DNA of 64,000 nucleotides from a virus (Duplodnaviria; Heunggongvirae; Uroviricota; Caudoviricetes): IMG/VR virus record IMGVR_UViG_3300037067_007156, positions 557,519 to 621,518 of that record; one strand, 5' to 3'. Shown piece by piece: positions 40,402 to 52,784 of this stretch (position 1 is its first letter; each line of letters starts with the position of its first letter). The notes under the pieces were generated by a model. It saw only the letters and a program-made list of their open reading frames with translations, ran no database searches and was not told where the DNA came from. The position numbers and the translations under genes were made by a program.

Positions 40402-41694
40402 AAATATGGAATGTCCGAAAGAATTTACAACTGAATCACTATCAATTGCGGATACTATAATTTTAATACCAAAAGGTGAGTTGATACAACCTTATGTGAA
40501 ATTTATCACAACAAATTTTAAATTTGAAACGAAAGAATTTAATAAAAATGTGGTATCTGATAATCATCTTTTATTATTACAATTATGTGAAAGGAAAAAA
40601 ATAATAAAAATAATAACAGCTTATGAGTTAACTATAATTAGTAATTATTTAACAGTATATGAATATGATAATAAAAAACTATCTCGATTAATAAAATTGA
40701 AAAATATACTTGAAGAATGACCGATGAAGAATTAATAAGATGTAAAGAATTTCTGGATTATTTCGATGTAGATTATTCTGGTGATATAATATATTTAACG
40801 GATGGTGGAAATTCGTGTGTAATGAATCCAAATACAAAATGGGAAGAATTTTTAGGTTGTTCAATTAATAATATAGCTGAAGCTGTTGCGAAAAAACTCG
40901 GAAAGAAAATCATGTGGATAAAAGATAATTAAATGATGAAGGAACTTACATATAATTTTTTAAAATTAAAACATAATAATGTTTTCATTTTCATTAAAAA
41001 AGGCACTTTAATATATGATTTAGAATGTGTTTTATTATATGAAATGAATATGTATTTTTGGAATAATAACGACCCGGTTCAGGAAACAAATTATTGTATA
41101 GGTGATGTTGCTAAATATGATACATATTATCATATTTTTAGTCATCTGATAAATAAAAAAAAATATATATTAATAAGAAAATATTACACAAATATGGATG
41201 TAATAAAAGGAAAAATTATTATAGATGGTAATAATATTCTTAGGTATTTTAAAATAAAAGAATTAGATTTGGTGTAACTAACTAAATATTTAATTATGAA
41301 TAAAACAATTACACCGGAAGAAATATTAGAACGCATAAAAAAATTAGACAAGGATATAGTTGAAGTAAATATGGTTCTTTTAACTAAAGAAGAGTGGTGT
41401 TTAAATGAAGGAGTGGATTATGATAGATATATTTTAAAAAATGAATATAATAAATACACGCCCTATTTAAAAAGGAATGAAAAACTTATACTGACTATTT
41501 TTATCGATTCTAAACCAGAGTATATTTTAGATTTTATCGATTCAATCGAGGAATATATAAAACGACTTAAAGAAGAAAATCCAACTTTTTATTTTCTCAA
41601 AAAAAATTACTTAAATTTCAAACAAAACGAAGAAAGAATGATAAAAATAATTAGAGCGATGATGGAATAACCATCATTATTTAATTATTTAATC

Positions 41695-44313
41695 ATGAAA
41701 AAATATTTAAGTAAATCATTATTTAAAAATGCACTGGATTGCCGTACAAAATTGTACTATGCATCCAACAATCATCTTTACAAAGATAATCGTAATGAAG
41801 ACCCCTTTTTAAAAGCTATTGCTGAAGGTGGTTTCCAAGTTGGTGAATTAGCCAAATGTTATCACCCGACAGGTATAGAAATTGATTCTTCGTTAAGTCA
41901 AGAAGACAACTTCAAAGAAGTATTGAAACAACTTAAAAAATCAAATGTAACTTTATTTGAAGGTAATCTAATTTTTGGGAAATTTATATCCAGATTTGAT
42001 ATACTTATTAGAAAAGGTAATGTTTTAAAATTAATAGAGGTTAAATCTAAATCATTTATTAATGAGTTGGGTCTCGACCAATTTTTAAACAAAAAAGGCG
42101 CAAGTATAATTAAGGCCGAATGGTTAGACCAAATGTATGACGTTGCTTATCAACGTTGGATTTTATCTAAATTATTTCCACGTTATGCCATCGAGTCTTA
42201 TTTAATGATGGCTGATAAAACAAGAGTTACAACAGTTGATAACCTTAATCAGAAATTTATTTTAACCAAGGATGATAATGGTAACACAAAAGTTATAATC
42301 AATGGTGATGTGAGTAAAGATGCTCTGGGTGAACAAATATTAGTACCGATATGCGTTGATTCAGTTGTTGATATTATTGATAATTATGAATATACAGAAG
42401 GGAGAACATTTGATGAATGGTTAACTTTATTAATGGAATCATTTGAAAAGAATGAAAAACTTGTTACTCACCTTGGAAAAAAATGTGGTGAATGTCAATT
42501 TCATTGTACTGAAGATGAAAAAAAACTTGGTTGGCAAGATGGAAAAAAAGAATGTTTCTTAAATAGTCCGATAGTTGGACAAAATAATTATGGTAAATCA
42601 ACTGTACTGGACATTTGGAATTATCGAGGTAAAGATAAACAAATCAATTCTGGTAATATTTTAATGGAAAAAATAAACCTTTCTGAATTCAATAAGAATG
42701 TTGAAACTATTGAAGATGGTAAGGAATATATGAATGAAATAACTGAAAAAATAGAACAAAAAGATAGACAGTTAATCCAGATTGTAAAAACATTATCTAA
42801 TGATAATACCATATTTGTTCTTGATAAAAAATTAAAAGATGAAATGTTGAAATGGAAATATCCATATCACATGATAGATTTTGAAACCACTACGGTAGCT
42901 ATACCATTTCATGCAGGTTTACGACCATATGAAGGTATTGCATTTCAATTTTCACATCACATTATGTATGAAGATGGTCGTGTTGAACATGCTGGTGAAT
43001 ATATTAACAGAAAAATAGGTTTCAATCCTAATATTGAATTTATACGTGAATTGAAAAAACAATTAGAAGTCGATAATGGAACTATTTTTCGATATTCACC
43101 TCATGAAAATACATTCCTAAATCACATTTTAATTAATCTATTCGAAAGTTCTGAACCAGATAAAGACGAATTAATTGATTTTATTAAGAAAATAACATAT
43201 AAATCATCATCAGTTGAATATGGTAGGTTAGAAATTGAGGACTGGGTTGGTGAAAGAAACATGGTTGATTTGTGGAGTGTATTAAAAGATTATTATTACA
43301 ACCCACTTACTAATGGTTCTAACTCAATAAAATATGTATTACCAGCTATATTGAAATCGAGTAAGTTTTTAAAAAATAAATATACTTTACCTCTTTATGG
43401 AACAGATGAAATAAAATCTTTAAATTTTAAAAATCATACTTGGTTGACTTATAAAGATGGTGAAATAAACGACCCATATAAAACCCTTCCAGAAACATTT
43501 GTTGATATCGACCCATCCATCGTGGAAACATTTGTGAGTGCTGAAAAAATATCGGATGGTGGTGCAGCTATGACAGCTTACGCTAAAATTCAATTCTCTC
43601 AAATGAGTGAAATAGAACGTAATAGTGTTATTCAATCATTACTAAAATATTGTGAACTCGATACATTTGCGATGATAATGCTCGTGGAACATTGGCAAGA
43701 AATAATTTTTGGTAAAACATATTCACCTAAAATTGAAAAAACACCAAAGATAAAACATAAAACTGAAACAGTTGTAAATGTTATCGATAATATTGCCGAT
43801 GTTATCGCTGGAACTGTTGAACAAGTTGATGTTATTGTTGAAGTGGTTGAGAATGTGGTTAATGATGCATTTAGAAATGAGACAGTGATAAAAACAAAAA
43901 AAGAAAAAAATACCATAAAAAATAAAACTTTTTCGGATGTGCAGAATATAAAAACTATACAAGTTGAAGAAAAATCTAAAATTATTCACAAAAAAAGTAA
44001 AAAAATGTTTACACGAAGAAAAAGTATTCTTACAGAAAAATGGATACGTAGATTTAAAAAAGATTCTACCGAAGATTTAATCCATATGTCAGTGTCTAAG
44101 TATTATAATGAAAATCAAAAAGTCATTATTAATGAGATTTTAGAAAGAAGATTAAGTTCACCAATTCGTTCAGAAAGAGTTGTGAACCGTATGAAAAAAG
44201 AATCGACCGAAAAACTTAAAAACATGCTAAAATCAGACAAATATACTGATTTTCAAATTCATGTTGTTAAAGATGTGTTAAAAACAAGAGGAGTTAGGTT
44301 AAGACGGAGATAG
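41695..44313 (+). CDS. DUF2779-type protein (PD-(D/E)xK nuclease-like plus RNase H-like domain) with basic C-terminal extension
   Basis: LSKS.F...C; RFDIL...LIEVKSK; IDFET...PYEGIAFQFSHH; SIKYVLP; YCELDT. Confidence 0.75.
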   Translation: MKKYLSKSLFKNALDCRTKLYYASNNHLYKDNRNEDPFLKAIAEGGFQVGELAKCYHPTGIEIDSSLSQEDNFKEVLKQLKKSNVTLFEGNLIFGKFISRFDILIRKGNVLKLIEVKSKSFINELGLDQFLNKKGASIIKAEWLDQMYDVAYQRWILSKLFPRYAIESYLMMADKTRVTTVDNLNQKFILTKDDNGNTKVIINGDVSKDALGEQILVPICVDSVVDIIDNYEYTEGRTFDEWLTLLMESFEKNEKLVTHLGKKCGECQFHCTEDEKKLGWQDGKKECFLNSPIVGQNNYGKSTVLDIWNYRGKDKQINSGNILMEKINLSEFNKNVETIEDGKEYMNEITEKIEQKDRQLIQIVKTLSNDNTIFVLDKKLKDEMLKWKYPYHMIDFETTTVAIPFHAGLRPYEGIAFQFSHHIMYEDGRVEHAGEYINRKIGFNPNIEFIRELKKQLEVDNGTIFRYSPHENTFLNHILINLFESSEPDKDELIDFIKKITYKSSSVEYGRLEIEDWVGERNMVDLWSVLKDYYYNPLTNGSNSIKYVLPAILKSSKFLKNKYTLPLYGTDEIKSLNFKNHTWLTYKDGEINDPYKTLPETFVDIDPSIVETFVSAEKISDGGAAMTAYAKIQFSQMSEIERNSVIQSLLKYCELDTFAMIMLVEHWQEIIFGKTYSPKIEKTPKIKHKTETVVNVIDNIADVIAGTVEQVDVIVEVVENVVNDAFRNETVIKTKKEKNTIKNKTFSDVQNIKTIQVEEKSKIIHKKSKKMFTRRKSILTEKWIRRFKKDSTEDLIHMSVSKYYNENQKVIINEILERRLSSPIRSERVVNRMKKESTEKLKNMLKSDKYTDFQIHVVKDVLKTRGVRLRRR

Positions 44314-44373
44314 ATTTTTGTTTATTCTTTGAAACTCGTTTCATTTCTGGAACGAGTTTTTACATTGTTTTAT

Positions 44374-44566
44374 GGTCAACTACCCCTCAACTAAAGATTG
44401 AGTGGACTTGTGTAGTGATGCACAACGTAAGAGTTGATTAGGGAGCAAAAACGAATAAAATAATTTATGCAGCAGTTAAAAATATTGAAAAAATATATAA
44501 TTTTGGAAGTTTTAGTTTTAATGGTTGAAATCCATTCACAAAGCTAAAGACTTCGTGGTTTTATTT
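44374..44566 (+). mobile_element. Non-autonomous IS200/IS605 (IscB-type) remnant
   Basis: GTCAACTACCCCTCAACTAAAGATTGAGTGGACTTG...GTTGATTAG left end and CACAAAGCTAAAGACTTCGTGG right-end hairpin; no nuclease ORF between them. Confidence 0.6.
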
Positions 44567-45015
44567 CAACAAAAATATGAAAAATTTTTAAGAAAAGAAA
44601 AAATAAAAGAAATTTTAGAATGAGAGTTTCAGATTTAAGTAACAACATGAAAGCTTTAATATTAGACCCGAATAGAACTGTACCATATTACATTGATAAA
44701 GAGTTAATTTGTATCAATTGTAATAAATTATATACACCTGCTAAAAATTCTGATATTAATGAAATATTAAAAGTGCCAACAATATTGGTTAATAATTTTT
44801 GTTCGAGAAAATGTTTTGAAGAATTTTCAAACAAATTAAATATAAATGAATATAAAAAGAACATATAATTGGTGATTAACTAATTCATATTGTTTGATTA
44901 TTTTTATCCCACGAATATTCGTGGGATTTTTTTTTTTAATATAATTTTAATTATTTTTGTAGTAATAAAATAGAAATACATTCAAAAAAGTAATTCTGAA
45001 AATAATATAAAAATT

Positions 45016-46224
45016 ATGTTTGATACTTTAACATTAGATAATCAACGAGTATTAATCAACTTGCATGGTAAAAAACCGACTTTTAAGTATGTAAAAAATC
45101 CGTCTAAATATACGGATATGAAAACCCGTATATATCATGAATTATTATATGAACTGCGAATAAGAAATTTCAATATACCAAACATCGAATTGTTTTTTAG
45201 TTTTAACGAGGAAACCAAAGAAATTAACCTATATTATATGAATGGTGAAAATTTTAATATTTCCCTTTCAAATAGAAGTGAAATTTTTAATACTATTACA
45301 ATACCTTATTATAAATATAGTCTTTATGATGATATGTCTGGTAGTCTAACTGTGTATGTTGGTAGAAACTGGGAAACAGATAAAAATCGTTTTTTAAATA
45401 ATCTTGGTATTCATACAAAAATGCAAGGTCGAGATAAATGGTATTTAAAATATGATTTACGTGCATCTCAACCTAAAAAAAGTTGTAAAGTGAGTGAAAA
45501 ACAACATAAATTATTTTCAAGGATAAGAAAAATTCAAGAATTATTTGAGTTTGATGATAATTTTATCAATAATCGAAAAAACAACTATTATAATGTTTTT
45601 TATTTTTTAAATGAAGATGATTGTGGTAGAGAATATTCAGCGGATTCCAATGAGTGTCAATATTATCATTTAATTGATATAGACTTCTACATATATGGTT
45701 GGGTTTATAAAAATGTCATTCAATATCTAAGAAGCTTACCTATACCTGAATTATTACCTTTTTATAAAATATTTAAAGAACCAAAACATCAAAAAATAAA
45801 TTATAAATTACCAGAATTGTTTTTATCTGGTAGAAATTTCACAAAATACGAAGATTATTATAAAAATTGTTATGAAAAACTAAAAATATCACCATCAAAA
45901 CGATTAGCATCTTTAGGTTACGATTTAAATAATATAAAAAATCCTTTAAAATTATTAGCTTATGAAGGATTTATTTGGGGTGTTGAAAAATATGACGTGT
46001 CACCAAGTAAATTTAATGAAAATGATGTTAAACCATTTTTCAAGATTTCGTTAAAAATAGCAAACGATGTTTTTGTAATTGATGCATCTTGTAAAACATT
46101 TGATGAAATTATCGAAACATTCAAACCTATCAATGAATATAATGGTGAATATGAAGAAGGAGAAGAAGTGTTTTTAATTTGTAGGAATATTAGAAACGAT
46201 GAAATAATTTTAAATGAAAAATAA
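45016..46224 (+). CDS. Hypothetical protein
   Basis: 402-aa ORF with a TAnnTTTG-type promoter upstream. Confidence 0.6.
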   Translation: MFDTLTLDNQRVLINLHGKKPTFKYVKNPSKYTDMKTRIYHELLYELRIRNFNIPNIELFFSFNEETKEINLYYMNGENFNISLSNRSEIFNTITIPYYKYSLYDDMSGSLTVYVGRNWETDKNRFLNNLGIHTKMQGRDKWYLKYDLRASQPKKSCKVSEKQHKLFSRIRKIQELFEFDDNFINNRKNNYYNVFYFLNEDDCGREYSADSNECQYYHLIDIDFYIYGWVYKNVIQYLRSLPIPELLPFYKIFKEPKHQKINYKLPELFLSGRNFTKYEDYYKNCYEKLKISPSKRLASLGYDLNNIKNPLKLLAYEGFIWGVEKYDVSPSKFNENDVKPFFKISLKIANDVFVIDASCKTFDEIIETFKPINEYNGEYEEGEEVFLICRNIRNDEIILNEK

Positions 46225-46229
46225 AATAT

Positions 46230-46844
46230 ATGGCAAAAAGTAAAGAAACGACCTATTTTGGGGAAGAAAACTCAAAAAGAATAAAAAATGCTTTATTCGA
46301 TGATGAAGATGAGATAGATAATCTTAAATTTTCTTGGCAGACAGACGATGCAGAAAAAGATAAAGTAAGTAAAAATCTAAAAGGTGATGAAGACATCAAT
46401 ATGCCCAGACAATGCCAAAAAGATTCGATTGAAGATTCAGATAATACTTTAACCCCAGATGCACCAAAATGTATATTTTGTGGTGGTGAATTAGAAAAAG
46501 AAAATTATTGTCCTAAATGTGATTTTAAATTCGAGAAAGATGATTTATTTAAACCTCTTTCACCTAATAGTTTTATATTTTCAGAATTAAAAAGTGATGA
46601 TGATATCATTGTTATCACACCCATTCTTTATTGGAGAAAGAAAAATAAATTATTAGAAATGCCATTCAAAGTTCCAGACAATATTCTTTTGAATTGTGGT
46701 CTGAATCCAACACCCTTTGAACCATCAAAGTTTTGTAAACTTTCTCTTGCCTATGATGTACCTTCTGAACAGTATATAAAAGTAATAGAAAGTGTAGGTT
46801 TTATCTGGGATGAATCTTTTAATAAATTTGTAAATAACCTATAA
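46230..46844 (+). CDS. Zn-ribbon-containing acidic protein
   Basis: CIFC...CPKC. Confidence 0.55.
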   Translation: MAKSKETTYFGEENSKRIKNALFDDEDEIDNLKFSWQTDDAEKDKVSKNLKGDEDINMPRQCQKDSIEDSDNTLTPDAPKCIFCGGELEKENYCPKCDFKFEKDDLFKPLSPNSFIFSELKSDDDIIVITPILYWRKKNKLLEMPFKVPDNILLNCGLNPTPFEPSKFCKLSLAYDVPSEQYIKVIESVGFIWDESFNKFVNNL

Positions 46845-47000
46845 AGAATGAATTAAAATAGAATTTTAAAAATATATCAGTAAAAATGTCATGAGAATTT
46901 TTCAAATCCATGACATTTTTTCATTTAAATGATATTGGTATCTATTTTGTAAAATTGAGTTCTAAACACAATAATGTGTAAAAAATAAAAAATTAAAGAT

Positions 47001-47435
47001 ATGATACAAAATTTGATTTACAAACCAAAAACAAATTCACCTTTTCTGGATTTGGTTAGTGATTTTTTCGATTTAAAGGGCGATTTTACAACACTTCAAT
47101 CAGTGTTCGATTACACACCTTCTATTAAAACAAACATTCAGGAACTGGAAGATAAATACCTTATTGAACTAACTTTGGCTGGTTTCAATAAAGAAGATAT
47201 CAAAATTGATATAAATGATGATGTTCTTTCTATATCAGCCGATATTAAAGAAGAAAAAGAAGAAACTTATTGTATGAGGCAATTCAAAAAATCTTCTTTC
47301 AAAAAATCTTACCAGATTCCAAAAGATGCTGATATGAATAAAATAGAAGCTGAATTTAAAGATGGTATCCTGAAAATGAACATCCAAAAATTGGAAGAAA
47401 AAATTAAGAAACCAACACAAATTATTATCAAGTAG
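47001..47435 (+). CDS. Small heat-shock protein (Hsp20/alpha-crystallin)
   Basis: NIQE...LAGFNKEDIKI...SFKKSYQIP...IEAEFKDGILKMNIQK. Confidence 0.92.
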   Translation: MIQNLIYKPKTNSPFLDLVSDFFDLKGDFTTLQSVFDYTPSIKTNIQELEDKYLIELTLAGFNKEDIKIDINDDVLSISADIKEEKEETYCMRQFKKSSFKKSYQIPKDADMNKIEAEFKDGILKMNIQKLEEKIKKPTQIIIK

Positions 47436-48821
47436 GTTACTTTTTGGTAAGTTACTTTTTGGTAAGTTTGTGAGAAAAGCCTCAGTTAATCGCTGAGGTT
47501 TTTATATTTTTATTTTATTGTTAGTGATGAATCAATCAATACGTTATCTTGATATAGATATGTATAATACTTAACTAACAAATCTCCAATTTCAGTTGTA
47601 TCATATTGTTCTTTATTTATTTTCCAGCGTATTGTATCACTATAATCCATATAACAAATAAAATATTCATCAGAAACTGTGTGTTCTCCATAATGCCAAC
47701 AAGTTTTTTCTTTCATCACTGAATAATCATAATGCATACTCATTTCTGAATGTGATGATATAAATTTTTTATTAACAATTGGTACGTGTTGGTGTACACC
47801 ATCTTTATGTGTATACGATACACACGATATTAAAAATAAAAATATAAAAATATAAATTATTTTCATGATTAAATTGTTTAAGAAACTGTTTCAACCATCA
47901 TATGCTCATTAGTTTTAACTTCATATCCAAGATGTGTTAATATATCTTTAAATAATGACCATCCTAATGTACCATTTTGTTCCATAGAAAGTGTTTGTAT
48001 TCCTTCTTTTATATAAGCCTTTGGTTCTTTACTTCTCTCACCATCGATACTTCTTATTGCAACAAATAATATATATCCTTCACCAGCCTTTTCATAAGCA
48101 TTTTTAACATTTTCACATAACATATCCAAATTAGGATTTCCAGTTACCGTGAGTTGAAAATGTTCAGCGAGTTGTTTTCCTTGTTCAAAAACATCACCAC
48201 AATGCATAAAATTATTCTGAAACTTCATCATTTTACTACCACCAAATACATCAAGAACAACTTCATGACTTGGCACAATATTATTGATGATATCAATTTC
48301 TTCAATCCCTTTATCAGTCAATTCCCAAAATTCACCATTTGCATATTTTGAACTTTTCACTAAATTTTTAAAATAAAGTGAGTTCATTATATTTTTATGA
48401 ATTTTACATCCATCAAAAGAAAAACATTTTTCTTCTTTTAATAGAAGTAATGCGTCTTTTTGTTTATCTGTTAATATCATAATTAAAATAATTGAATAAA
48501 TTGTTTATATTCAGGATATTTTCCTTTTAAATATTCAAATGCTATCTTATCAGCTTTTTTTTCAGATGTGGTTGTAATGACTAAATTATCTAACCATTTA
48601 ACAACACCCGAAACATAAGTTGGTGTGTATTCATCTCCAAATTTAGTTAAATAAACCATACCTTGCATGGTATATTTTTTAAAAAACCAATTTTTTATAA
48701 ATTCAGGATAATTGGTTAAAAATGTTGTGTCGTCACTTATAGTGATTGTTTTTTCTTCTTTTTTCATTTTATACATTTGTTAATTCGCTGATAGTTCTAA
48801 ATTTCATAGTAATTCATGGTA

Positions 48822-50067
48822 TTATGAAACTAATTTATAAGGTATAACTCTCATTGGATGAACTACAACACCCTCTATCCCATCAACAAACGCATTTGGG
48901 AATGCTTTTCTAATTATATTTCCACTACCATTACAGTCAGCATTTAATTTAATTTTTTCTTTTGAAATAAATAAACCTCTATGTCTACGTTTACCAATAT
49001 ATTTATTATGATGACATAATTCTTCCTTATCAATAAAACTACACTTACTTGTATAACTTTCTTCAGTGATAATAACTGATACTCCAATAAGTTCACATTT
49101 ATATTCAATCATTTTAATTAATCTGGTATGTGGAATATTAATGAAATTTTGATTATTTTGTTTACTCATGTTAGACTCATTCTTCCATAATAGGTTTTTT
49201 ACCAATTACTAAAATACCAATATCATTTCGAATTAAATATTTAATAATAAATCTACTTGCGTTGTGTAAATAATTATTTACTTTTCTATTTCTTTTATTG
49301 GTTAATTTGATAAGACGATTTGAACTTTTATCACCTACATATGACTGTAATTTAGATTTTTTCTTGTTATAAAATTGATTTATGGATTTTAATGGTCTAC
49401 CGTTAATCAACAATGGTCGTACACCACTTAGATTTGATGTTATAGCACATAAATTATTCACCCCTAAATCAATACCTGCAACATTTTTCTTGTTTAATTT
49501 TAAGTCCTGCACCTCCTTTTTATAAATTATTTCTATTACATATTCTTTATTTTTTGGTATAATCCTTACTTGTTGTATATCTTTTTGTATAGTCTTTATT
49601 TTAATATTTGTTCCAGATAAATGAACAATATTATTTTTTAATTCCTTTTTAGAGATAGCTTGTACAGTATAAATAAGTAAATTTCTTCCCCTAATTTTAT
49701 GTTTATATTTTGGTAAAGACGGCTTACCTTTATATTTATTAACATTATTTTTATATTCTTGTATTGATTTAAAAAATGATAACCAATTTTTATCAAGCAC
49801 CTTTAAAACCTGTTGACTCACTTTAGCTGGTAATTGTTTATATTCAAAATTATTAGTGTTTTGTAATTGTTTTTGTATATTATAATAATTAAGATAATTA
49901 GCATGTTCTAACTTCCCTTCTTCTTTTTCTTTAAAAGTACGAATAAATTCTTGTCTAATAACATAGTTAGCTTTATTATAAAGATTCTTAGATAGAAAAG
50001 ATAAACTATCAATCTCTTTAAATAAAGAATGTTTATTATTTATTATATGTTGTTCTACTAACTGCAT
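48822..50067 (-). pseudogene. tnpB: TnpB RNA-guided nuclease, frameshifted in an A-run at about 49197
   Basis: GIDLGVNNL (RuvC I), EESYTSKCS, NADCNGSGNI; removing one A restores GKNLLWKNES. Confidence 0.85.
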
Positions 50068-50648
50068 TTATTTTCTTCAATAGTTTTTATTAATAATTCT
50101 GTTTTTCTTTTTGTTCTTCTTTGTCCATATAATCTTGCTGTAAATGATGTTATTATTGAAACAAAATCTTGCATTAAATCATCTCTATTATTTTCTTGAT
50201 TATTTATTATTTCGATTTCACGTTCTTGCATTTTTAACAATTTTTGAATATAATTCATTCCAAAACGACTAAATCTATCTGAGTGTTCAACAACAATTTT
50301 TGTTATTGAAGCATCTATTAGTAAATTTTCAAGTTTTTTCCTATTATCATTTAAACCACTACCTATTTCAGTTACAATTTTTTCAATTTTGTATCCTTTA
50401 GCCATACAATAATTAAGAACTCTTTCTTTTTGTCTTTCGAGGTTTTCTTTATTTTCTGAAGAACTTACTCTACAATAAACTGCCACTCTAACATCTTTAT
50501 TTTCATCAATAATAATTCGTATTCCACCATTCTGGGTTCTTTCTGTTTTTAACTGACCATTTTTTATTCTATTCCAAATGGCTCGATATTTTACACCTTC
50601 CATTTTTGCATATTGACTTATTTTCAATTTCATAGTATATAATACCAC
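50058..50648 (-). CDS. tnpA: IS607 serine-recombinase transposase
   Basis: YCRVSS, EIGSGLNDNRK, DRFSRFG, FTARLYG motifs. Confidence 0.92.
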   Translation of the reverse strand: MVLYTMKLKISQYAKMEGVKYRAIWNRIKNGQLKTERTQNGGIRIIIDENKDVRVAVYCRVSSSENKENLERQKERVLNYCMAKGYKIEKIVTEIGSGLNDNRKKLENLLIDASITKIVVEHSDRFSRFGMNYIQKLLKMQEREIEIINNQENNRDDLMQDFVSIITSFTARLYGQRRTKRKTELLIKTIEENKCS

Positions 50649-51340
50649 ACAAATATCATTCCAAACTATATTTTTGAAAAAGATTTATTATACTCCATTT
50701 TTTGTTGATTTTATTTAATATCCATTGCATGGCTTTATCAAAATTTTTATCATCAGATAAATAATGATATTTTTTATCACATACCCAAAAATATAAAAAT
50801 GCACCTATTTTTTTATTAAAAATAATATTATGTGTTTTATCACCTGTTATTTTCTGTTTTAACCAGTTCATACTGTTCATGAAAGAATCATATCTACCAC
50901 TTTCTTCTGAAAATAATATGACGGAATTTTCCAAATCTTCTTCGATTAATAAAAAAATTATTTCCTTCATCCTCTTATTTAAGCGAACTGGTTCAACAAT
51001 AGAACTTCGTGTGAAGAATTTCTTTAATCCTTCAGCAAACGAATCTGGTTTTATGATATCAGTTTCACTCATTATATTTCTGCTTCGGTTGCAACTCTAA
51101 AATTAGATGTGTGATATATACCTATTACTTTACCTGTTTTTAAATCAGCTAATAAACAATGACCTTTACAATTCGGTACTTCACCAAGAAATATAAACAA
51201 ATCATTACCAAATGTTTGTTCATAACACCTATGATATATATCAGGTGGTACAGAATTTTCATCAAATTTAACAAAAGAATATTGTTTTAGTTGACACTTT
51301 TGTTTATTATTAAATAATTTTCGAAATATATTAATTATTA

Positions 51341-52054
51341 TCATAATCCAAAATATTTGTTTAATTTATCAGCTAACATATTAGCTCTTGTTATATTAGA
51401 ATGATTTAAAGAAAAATAATAATTGTTTATTATACCAACAATTTTATTTTTAGTCGAGTTTTCAGTACATCTTCTAACTTTAAATCGCATCTTATAATTT
51501 TTTCTTTCTTCAATGTCAAAGGTAGATAAAAATCTTCTAATTTTACCATCTGTAACTTCAAATGGTAATTCTTTTTTAACATATTTTTTATCACCCCAAT
51601 TTTCACCAGTTTTTATTCTACTGATTTGCATATCAGATACACCAAACATGGTAGCTAATTCAATATTAGTATGAGTATTATTTTCAATACTATATTTTAT
51701 ATATTTTACCGATTGTGGTGTTAATTTTCTGTTATCACGAGCTTTCCAATATAAGTTAGCAGCAGATATATTATTTTTATTTCCATCATAATATCCAATA
51801 GAATCGAAAATTTCTGGACAAGGATTTTTTACAAAAATTTTGGCAATAAAAATATATGGCCTGATAGAACGCCATTTACCTTTTTTATTTTGAACCAGCA
51901 TATAAGTATTCTCTTTTTTTGAGTCATACGACACTTTTAATGAATGAAATTCATTATTACGATATCTTAATAAACTACCATCTTCACCTACAAAATAAGA
52001 TGGAAAATTATCAATTTCTTTATATTTAATACCCAAAATAGTTTTTTCTCTCAT
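51341..52054 (-). CDS. NUMOD4/HNH-derived protein with HTH (degenerate homing endonuclease)
   Basis: YFVGEDG; IAKIFVKNP; DGNKNN..AANLYW; ELATMFGVSDMQISRIKTG. Confidence 0.6.
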   Translation of the reverse strand: MREKTILGIKYKEIDNFPSYFVGEDGSLLRYRNNEFHSLKVSYDSKKENTYMLVQNKKGKWRSIRPYIFIAKIFVKNPCPEIFDSIGYYDGNKNNISAANLYWKARDNRKLTPQSVKYIKYSIENNTHTNIELATMFGVSDMQISRIKTGENWGDKKYVKKELPFEVTDGKIRRFLSTFDIEERKNYKMRFKVRRCTENSTKNKIVGIINNYYFSLNHSNITRANMLADKLNKYFGL

Positions 52055-52784
52055 AATAATTTATTAAAAAAGGTTAAGAGATTGTATTTTAAAAAGACGA
52101 GAATAACGAATATATTCTTCCTTTGTTTCGATGAATTTTCCTTCAATAAAATATTCTTCTCTACCATCATCATGAATTATTGCTGCACCATTTAAACGAT
52201 GAAGCCAACCATGATTGTAATAAAACTTAGTACCAGAATCCATTAACAAAGCTGGTTCATCATCCTTACTATGAAAAAAACCAGACTCATCGACGGTTTT
52301 TTTAATATAAGCACTAAGCGGTATTTTCCTCGGTGATACTTGGTCTTTATTAGATGCAACCCTGTTTTTAAATATATTATTTTCTATCATTATTTTCGTT
52401 TATATCAAATCAAGATTATCTATCATCATTTTTCTTAATAATTTTTTATTTGTTGTTTCACGTATTTCACTATACGTTTTTAATATTTTAGATTTACCAA
52501 TAAACTCACCTGTATATGGATTTATTTTTCCAAACCAAATTTCATTTGCACTATCTTTGTTAAAATGTATATACGCTACTTTTATAGTTTCAACCACACG
52601 TTGGTTTATTATTAAATCAACACATTGACCAATATTAATTTTTTCTTTTTTACACCAATAATGTGGTTTTGTACCTATTCTCATTACTAAATTTTATTAA
52701 AATATTAACAAAAATATATATTTTATTTAAATAAAAAAAATGGCAGACAACCTTTTAATATATAAGACTAAATTAATTTAAATA

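Larger units (their letters stand above)
48822..50655 (-). mobile_element. IS607-family element (tnpA plus tnpB); ends approximate
   Basis: Serine recombinase gene overlapping a TnpB gene. Confidence 0.85.

Noticed and set aside
47436-47470. Short tandem repeat GTTACTTTTTGGTAA after hsp20
   Set aside because: There are about two adjacent copies with no spacers, consistent with simple slippage duplication.
5011-49205. A general programmed-frameshifting system behind the breaks at about 5100, 12860, 26990, 32520 and 49197
   Set aside because: The shifts go in different directions and mostly lie in homopolymers, so sequencing indels or decay are more parsimonious without read data.
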